Source: Candidatus Poribacteria bacterium
Lineage (GTDB): Bacteria > Poribacteria > WGA-4E > PCPOR2b
Direction of reading: 5' to 3'
Assembly: GCA_965208675.1 (NCBI GenBank)
Contig: OZ242351.1
Coordinates: 1,824,001-1,888,000 of the forward strand
DNA: 64,000 nucleotides
Shown: positions 58,331 through 64,000 of the stretch, piece after piece
Position numbering within the stretch: the stretch's first letter is position 1
How the letters are laid out: each line of letters opens with the position of its first letter
Notes under the pieces: model-generated
Told to the model about the DNA's origin: nothing
Databases searched by the model: none
Seen by the model: only the letters and a program-made list of their open reading frames with translations
Program-made: the position numbers and the translations under genes

Positions 58331-59263
58331 TTACCTTAGAAGTTTGCCCGCGCCGCCATCAATCAGTCTGCTTACGAGGTTGGAAGCCATTTCATCGGCA
58401 CACGCGGGGCTGCCTGAAAACCGCTCAAGCATGCGGTGCTTTCCATCCGGGCTGCAAACCGCAGCCATTATATGAAGCGTATTGCCCTTCAGCTCTGAAT
58501 ACGCGCCAATCGGGACTTGACAGCCACCGCCCAATCCCCCTAACACAGCCCTTTCCGCGAACACCTCGGTTTCGCTTTGACTATCGTTGATTGCGGCCAA
58601 CAACACTTTTATCTCATGGTCATCTTCGCGCGCTTCTATACCCAAGGCGCCCTGTCCGGGGGCGGGGACCATCCGGCTACTCTCAAAATACTCCGTAATT
58701 ATTTCCTCGCCAATCAGCCGTTTAATTCCCGCCGCAGCAAGGATAACTCCATCAAGCTCAGTTTCGTGTAATTTGCGGAGGCGCGTATCAAGATTTCCTC
58801 GAACATTTACAACCTGTAAATCAGGGCGTAAGTGCAAAAGCTGGGATTTTCGGCGCGGACTCGTCGTACCAATTTTTGCTCCTTTTGGGAGTTGATTGAG
58901 GCCTAGTCCGGATTGTGTAACTAGCACATCGCGCGGATCTTCGCGTGCAGGAATTGCGGCGATACAAAGCCCGCCCGGTAATTCTGTAGGCAGGTCTTTC
59001 ATGCTGTGGACAGCGAGGTCGATTCCGCCATCCAAAAGTGCAATCTCAATCTCCTTTGTAAACACCCCTTTGCCAAGCCCGGCAAGAGAAGATTCTCTAA
59101 TTTTGTCCCCAGTCGTTTGGATAATTTGAAGTGTTACCCCGATGTCGGGGAATTGTCGGTTTAGCTGCTTCTTAACATACTCCGCCTGCCAGAGCGCAAG
59201 CTGACTGCCGCGTGTGCCAATGGTGATGGTTTGTCTCATTAGCTGCATCCGTCCGTGTTTCAA
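58331..59263 (-). CDS. hemC: Hydroxymethylbilane synthase
   Basis: IGTRGSQLALWQA, AVHSMKDLP, RGNLDTRL, GGGCQVP. Confidence 0.97.
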   Translation of the reverse strand: MKHGRMQLMRQTITIGTRGSQLALWQAEYVKKQLNRQFPDIGVTLQIIQTTGDKIRESSLAGLGKGVFTKEIEIALLDGGIDLAVHSMKDLPTELPGGLCIAAIPAREDPRDVLVTQSGLGLNQLPKGAKIGTTSPRRKSQLLHLRPDLQVVNVRGNLDTRLRKLHETELDGVILAAAGIKRLIGEEIITEYFESSRMVPAPGQGALGIEAREDDHEIKVLLAAINDSQSETEVFAERAVLGGLGGGCQVPIGAYSELKGNTLHIMAAVCSPDGKHRMLERFSGSPACADEMASNLVSRLIDGGAGKLLR

Positions 59264-60576
59264 ACATCCGTTTCACCAGTGTGCTCCAACCCAAACAGCA
59301 CCTGCAATGCGCGAACATACGGGACATTATCTTCATTGATGTTGTCCGCTATCTCAAGAGAATCAGAATCCATAGCAACCTGCCTCAAATGCGTCGTTGG
59401 TTGATGCAGTAACTTTTTAGTAATGGATTGAATCATGGATTCAACGATTTTCTGCTGCTGGGGTGATAGCTCCGCCTTGTCCAAACAGATGTCCAATTCT
59501 CTTGAGGCAATACCCTGAAATTTCTGGTATAAAGCCTTTATAATCGGGTTTACATCAAGTGCCTGCAACTCTAAGTAAAACTTTAGAGCTTCTGCTTCGA
59601 CAATTTGTGCCGCAATTTCCGCTTCCTGCCCCCGCTCTTTGAGGTTTGAAGCGACCACAGCTTCAAGATCGTCGATGTTGTACAGAAACGCATTTTCCAC
59701 CGCTCCCACTCGCGGGTCAATATCCCGAGGCACCGCTATGTCGATTAGAAACATGTAGCGGTGTTTCCGCTTTCTCATAATTTCCACAAGCGATTTGCGG
59801 TGGATTAAGTGATGCGAGGCGTTGGTAGAAGTAATCACAATGTCGGCGTCAACGAGGAAGTTCAAATTTGCATCATAGGTTAATGGGGTACCGCTGAATT
59901 TTTCAGCGATTTCCACGGCGTGCTCGAACGTTCTGTTCGCAACGATTACTTTCGACACGCCATTCTCCACGAGGTGTTTCGCCGTGAGTTCGCTCATTTC
60001 ACCCGCACCGATAATCACAACCGTTTTGTCTTCGAGGCTCTGGAAGATTTTCTTGGCGAGTTGAACCGCTACAAAACTGATTGAAACCGCACCGGCGCCT
60101 ATGTCGGTTTCCGTACGAACTCGTTTCCCGACGCGAATCGCTTTTGTGAATAAGCGCTTAAGAACATCACCGCTTGCACCAGCCGAAAGAGAATCGTCAT
60201 ACGCCGCCTTTACCTGTCCGAGAATTTGCGGCTCGCCAACAACCATGGAATCCAGGCTGGTTACAACGTTAAACAGATGCCGAACGGCATCAAGGTTTTG
60301 GTAATTGTATGTGAATTGCGCGAGTTGACGCCGATCAACCTGATGGTAATCCGATAGAAAATCGAAAAGCAAGGTACAGCCATCTTTGCTGTTAGCCGCA
60401 GCATAGATTTCGACCCGGTTGCATGTCGAGAGGATAACGGCCTCTTTAATCCGGCGATTATCCTTCAATAATCGGAACGCTTCCACATATTGATCTTCGG
60501 AAAATGACACCCGTTCTCGGCAATCGAGCGGGGCAGTATGGTGGCTGGTACCGACAACAAATATCTGGTTCATCAT
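59260..60576 (-). CDS. hemA: Glutamyl-tRNA reductase
   Basis: LSTCNRVEIY, LDSMVVGEPQILGQVK, GAGEM, DIAVPRDI. Confidence 0.97.
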   Translation of the reverse strand: MMNQIFVVGTSHHTAPLDCRERVSFSEDQYVEAFRLLKDNRRIKEAVILSTCNRVEIYAAANSKDGCTLLFDFLSDYHQVDRRQLAQFTYNYQNLDAVRHLFNVVTSLDSMVVGEPQILGQVKAAYDDSLSAGASGDVLKRLFTKAIRVGKRVRTETDIGAGAVSISFVAVQLAKKIFQSLEDKTVVIIGAGEMSELTAKHLVENGVSKVIVANRTFEHAVEIAEKFSGTPLTYDANLNFLVDADIVITSTNASHHLIHRKSLVEIMRKRKHRYMFLIDIAVPRDIDPRVGAVENAFLYNIDDLEAVVASNLKERGQEAEIAAQIVEAEALKFYLELQALDVNPIIKALYQKFQGIASRELDICLDKAELSPQQQKIVESMIQSITKKLLHQPTTHLRQVAMDSDSLEIADNINEDNVPYVRALQVLFGLEHTGETDV

Positions 60577-61416
60577 TTAGAATGCGTGCATACTAGGTAA
60601 AAACAGATTAACGCCGACATAAGTAAACAGCACGGCGGCAAAACCGACGATAGCGGAATAAGCGGTTTTGCGCCCATACCAACCGAATACTTGGCGAATG
60701 CTGAGTTGCAAAACATAGATAAGCCATGTTGCGATGGTGAAGATAACTTTTGGGTCAACCCATTTCCACGTGACCTCTGGGACATTTCGCGTCCAAAACA
60801 CTCCGATAATGATTCCAATGGTCATTAGAACCACACCGGCGACGACGCACTTATGGCCAATCCGATCCGACCTCCCAAGCGCGGGCAAAAGGTTATAAAG
60901 GAGCGTGTGCTTCTTTTCCCGTATCCGCTTTTCTTCAATTAAATACATTAGCCCAAATCCAAATGCCGCGACAAACGCCGCATAAGCTAGAAAGATGAAG
61001 GATGAATGGGTGATGAGCCAGTAATTTTGCAGTGCAGGGGAGATTGCTGCGTTCCCCTTCGGTAGGGTATAAGCGATTAGGTTTGCAATGAAGGCAGCAG
61101 GAACAACGAAACTCCCGACAGTGCGCAGACGAGTCAGGTGAGCAATACACAAATAAATCAATATAATTGCCCATGCGAAAAATGAGGCTGAATCATACCA
61201 GTACGCCATCGGGAACTCCCCTTGGCGCAGCCAGCGTAAAACCAAATAAAACGAGTGCAACGCGAACCCCCCGATTGTTACCCAATAAGCGAGTCGATCA
61301 ATTTTTCGATCGCCGGTAGTGAGGAATATCGCGTGAAAAATACTTGCTGCCAAGTATATCAGTAGCGTCAGTAAAAATAGAAAGTCCATGAGACGTAAAG
61401 CGAAACATGAATGCAC
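60577..61416 (-). CDS. Cytochrome c assembly family membrane protein (HemX/CcsA-like)
   Basis: Multiple TM helices, WLITH, degenerate W-rich WKWVDPK, C-terminal SMHAF; next to hemA. Confidence 0.8.
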   Translation of the reverse strand: MHSCFALRLMDFLFLLTLLIYLAASIFHAIFLTTGDRKIDRLAYWVTIGGFALHSFYLVLRWLRQGEFPMAYWYDSASFFAWAIILIYLCIAHLTRLRTVGSFVVPAAFIANLIAYTLPKGNAAISPALQNYWLITHSSFIFLAYAAFVAAFGFGLMYLIEEKRIREKKHTLLYNLLPALGRSDRIGHKCVVAGVVLMTIGIIIGVFWTRNVPEVTWKWVDPKVIFTIATWLIYVLQLSIRQVFGWYGRKTAYSAIVGFAAVLFTYVGVNLFLPSMHAF

Positions 61417-61464
61417 CCGAAAACCAAATCGAGGCAGGGTGCGGTTACACAGAGTTAGCTAACG

Positions 61465-62682
61465 TTAGTTTATGTTTCGATCCCCAAATTGACGAAGAAT
61501 GTGTTGGCGTACCCTCTCGCTCTGACCTTGACGAACGAGGTTAAACGCGCATTCCGCCGAGCAACTAGGGTTTTCAAAGCGTAAACAGCATTTCATTCCT
61601 TCGTTCGGTTCCCAGTCTAGGAGTGGAACTTGATCGATGAGGTTCTCGAAAAATGCTTGTCGATCTTGCTGCGTTGGAACAGATTCCATCACAAAGGGAC
61701 GCAATGCACCGAGAAAATCAATGAACGCGCCGTACCCATTATTCTCGAATTGAATTGCCAGTTCCGCCTGTAGATGCTTGGCTGTGCCCTGTTCCTTTTC
61801 GGTTGGTGTTTTTGCGGAAATACCGATTATCAAATTCCCGTCTACTACCAGAATTGGGGTGATAAACGTCCCCAGCTCTGGGGTATTGACGTATTCAAAC
61901 AACTGAATCCCATTGAGAGCGTCTGTCGACCCATTCCCTGTTCGTGCGGCGAAAACGGTGTCATCACAGCTCGATTCTATATTGTCGAAGTAGACTAGAA
62001 ATGCCTCCGATATGCGATTCACATCCTCGTGCGCGGCGTCAATCTGTTCAACAAATGCGCCGCACTGCCTCAATAGATGCACGCGCCGTCCAATTTCCTC
62101 GCTCATGCCATTGGGGTTGCCGATGATATTACACCGACGACTCTCAACCAAAAAATAGACCGGATACGGATGGCCGCAGTCCTCGCGAGAAAGTGTGAAT
62201 TTCGCGTCGACCGGTGTTGTGTAAAGAGTCTCGGTTTCGAACTTTGTTTCGAGAAATTCTCGGATGCGCCTAGAAATCGCCGGACTTTTCCCGCTTGTGG
62301 AGATACTAACCGTCAGATCGCCGCGCGTCACAACAGACGCCGCCGCAAAGGTGCATTCAGGGATTACATCAACGACGTTAACCAAATTAATGCCATGTTC
62401 CTCGTGGGCATCATGAAATACCCGTGTGTTGATTTCAGGGGAATCCGTTGCGGCGCAAACTAGGAACATACCTTCCGAATCGCCCGGTTGAAATTGGCGT
62501 TGGCGCCATTGGATCCAATCTGCTTGTGCAAGTTGGTTGAGCGTCGTCGTCGTATCGGGGCTAATCAGCGTCACCAGCCCGCCGCAACGCAGAAGGGAGA
62601 TGACTTTTCGCTCGGCGACGATTCCTCCTCCGAAAACGAGGCATTTTCGATCCTGGAGGTTCAAATGTGCAGGGTAGAACAT
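61465..62682 (-). CDS. Precorrin-2 dehydrogenase/sirohydrochlorin ferrochelatase (SirC/Met8-like) with internal duplication
   Basis: YP..LNL..CLVFGGGIVAERK, NVVD, ISTSGKSPA; degenerate second copy follows. Confidence 0.85.
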   Translation of the reverse strand: MFYPAHLNLQDRKCLVFGGGIVAERKVISLLRCGGLVTLISPDTTTTLNQLAQADWIQWRQRQFQPGDSEGMFLVCAATDSPEINTRVFHDAHEEHGINLVNVVDVIPECTFAAASVVTRGDLTVSISTSGKSPAISRRIREFLETKFETETLYTTPVDAKFTLSREDCGHPYPVYFLVESRRCNIIGNPNGMSEEIGRRVHLLRQCGAFVEQIDAAHEDVNRISEAFLVYFDNIESSCDDTVFAARTGNGSTDALNGIQLFEYVNTPELGTFITPILVVDGNLIIGISAKTPTEKEQGTAKHLQAELAIQFENNGYGAFIDFLGALRPFVMESVPTQQDRQAFFENLIDQVPLLDWEPNEGMKCCLRFENPSCSAECAFNLVRQGQSERVRQHILRQFGDRNIN

Positions 62683-62740
62683 AGAGATTGTATTTAAACC
62701 GACAGTCAGCTAGGGCGCCTAGAACCCTTCCGCGAAGCCA

Positions 62741-63727
62741 TCACCGATCTCTGGATACCACATAATCTGCGAGTTGTTCAATCGCGGTCTTGGCGGGCGT
62801 GTCTGGCAACCCAACCAAAGCCGCTTTTGCACGATCCGCATATTCTTGGGCAATCTGGAGGCAATACTCCTGCACCCGATACCGCCGAAGCAGTTTCGTA
62901 ATCCAATCTATTGCCCAATCCTCGTCGGTTTCCGTGCTAAAGACTCGTTCTAACGTGCCCTTTTCATCCGAAGTACAGACGCCGCGTGTATAGATGATTG
63001 GAAACGTCAACTTGCCTTCGCGCAAATCGTTGAAGGATTCCTTGCCCAGCTTTGTTTCATCGGATACAAGATCGAGAAGATCATCAATAATCTGGAAGGC
63101 GGTGCCAATTGATTCACCGTAATCTGTGAATGCTTGTATGGTCTCCGAATCATCTGTGCCAAGCATCGCTCCCATTTCACACGAAGCAGTGATTAGCTTC
63201 CCGGTTTTCAGTCCAATAATCTTCAGATAATCATCCTGCGCAACATTGAAATCCCCGTTTTTGTACGCGTGAATGACTTCCCCCTCACACATGGCTTGAG
63301 TTGTGTCTGAGAGTATCCGCATCGCCGAATCATCGGCGCGTCGAGCGACAAGCATTGAAAGCACTCGCGCATGAAGGTAGTCCCCCACAAGCACTGCAAC
63401 CTTATTCCCCCACTTGGAATGCAACGTTTCATGGCCCCGCCGAATCGGGGCTTCATCGAGGACATCGTCATGAACGAGCGAAGCGACGTGAATCAGCTCA
63501 GTAACGGCAGCAAGCGTGTGTGCATCCTCGCCTTCATATCCGCACGCTTTTGCAGAAAGTACCAGTAGAATTGGGCGAAGCCGTTTGCCGCCGCCTTCGA
63601 TTACATGCTGAACGGCAAGATCGACAAAATCATAATGGCTCGTCGTTTTTTCGAGAAGCTTACTTTCGATTGCATCTAAATCGGCAGCAATAAACTGGCA
63701 AATCTCACTGAGGTTCGTTGTTGACAT
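62741..63727 (-). CDS. Polyprenyl diphosphate synthase (IspB/HepT-like)
   Basis: GGKRLRP, LVHDDVLD, KTG, FQIIDDLLD, DLREGKLT. Confidence 0.93.
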   Translation of the reverse strand: MSTTNLSEICQFIAADLDAIESKLLEKTTSHYDFVDLAVQHVIEGGGKRLRPILLVLSAKACGYEGEDAHTLAAVTELIHVASLVHDDVLDEAPIRRGHETLHSKWGNKVAVLVGDYLHARVLSMLVARRADDSAMRILSDTTQAMCEGEVIHAYKNGDFNVAQDDYLKIIGLKTGKLITASCEMGAMLGTDDSETIQAFTDYGESIGTAFQIIDDLLDLVSDETKLGKESFNDLREGKLTFPIIYTRGVCTSDEKGTLERVFSTETDEDWAIDWITKLLRRYRVQEYCLQIAQEYADRAKAALVGLPDTPAKTAIEQLADYVVSRDR

Positions 63728-63850
63728 CAATCTTCATCCGTGAGAATAAGTATTATCTTTCGTGGAAATCACAATCGAACGTCGTATCTTATACGAACTT
63801 TGAAATATCAGACGATTTCTGTTTTACCCATCTCTCTTCGTTGCCGCACC

Positions 63851-64000
63851 TTAAATTCGCGACAACACTTCATCCGCGGCGCGCACGGTGCGTTCAATGT
63901 CGCTTTGAGAGTGCGAGAGCGAAATAAAACCTGCTTCAAATTGAGAGGGTGCGATGTACACACCCCGTTCAAGCAGTCCCCTAAAATAGGCGCCAAATCG
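63851..64000 (-). CDS. hemL: Glutamate-1-semialdehyde 2,1-aminomutase, C-terminal fragment (runs off window)
   Basis: Manual translation [39 protein letters not shown]...*; heme operon context. Confidence 0.88.
   Translation of the reverse strand, partial: RFGAYFRGLLERGVYIAPSQFEAGFISLSHSQSDIERTVRAADEVLSRI

Noticed and set aside
60577-61416. A complete System II (CcsBA) cytochrome c synthase
   Set aside because: The WWD motif is degenerate, there is no ccsB/resB partner, and the position next to hemA fits HemX-like proteins
63808-63996. 62-aa ORF from the track
   Set aside because: Wrong frame; another minus-strand frame encodes the HemL C-terminus

Overview
Bacterial chromosomal window of about 56 protein-coding genes. 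I found no rRNA, tRNA or CRISPR array. The ...LLPNYPNPFNPETWIPYQL... C-terminal domain, three PhyH dioxygenases, two GH116 paralogs and GTAG-type REP palindromes suggest Candidatus Poribacteria or a relative (inference). Housekeeping blocks: argH-pyrF-pyrE-lepA-lepB-lepB, and a long minus-strand heme/cytochrome c cluster (hemL-polyprenyl synthase-sirC-hemX-like-hemA-hemC-cobA/hemD-ccmE-ccmF-ccmH-ccmI). Main points of interest: (1) an AT-richer six-gene putative anti-phage operon at 21464-29736 (ParB-like, restriction-endonuclease-like, C5 DNA methyltransferase, MORC/GHKL ATPase, SF2-Z1 helicase, DUF4420 PD-(D/E)XK), Mza-like but lacking AIPR, bordered by a truncated toxin gene fused to an IS1595 remnant; (2) a plant/animal-type ATP sulfurylase with bacterial expression signals; (3) an HxG-type PhyH enzyme (candidate halogenase); (4) an internally duplicated SirC; (5) a tandem lepB pair with near-identical 5' regions; (6) a lyase-like/FGE/dockerin-like secreted multidomain protein. 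All calls come from motif reading and remembered family features, with no database searches.
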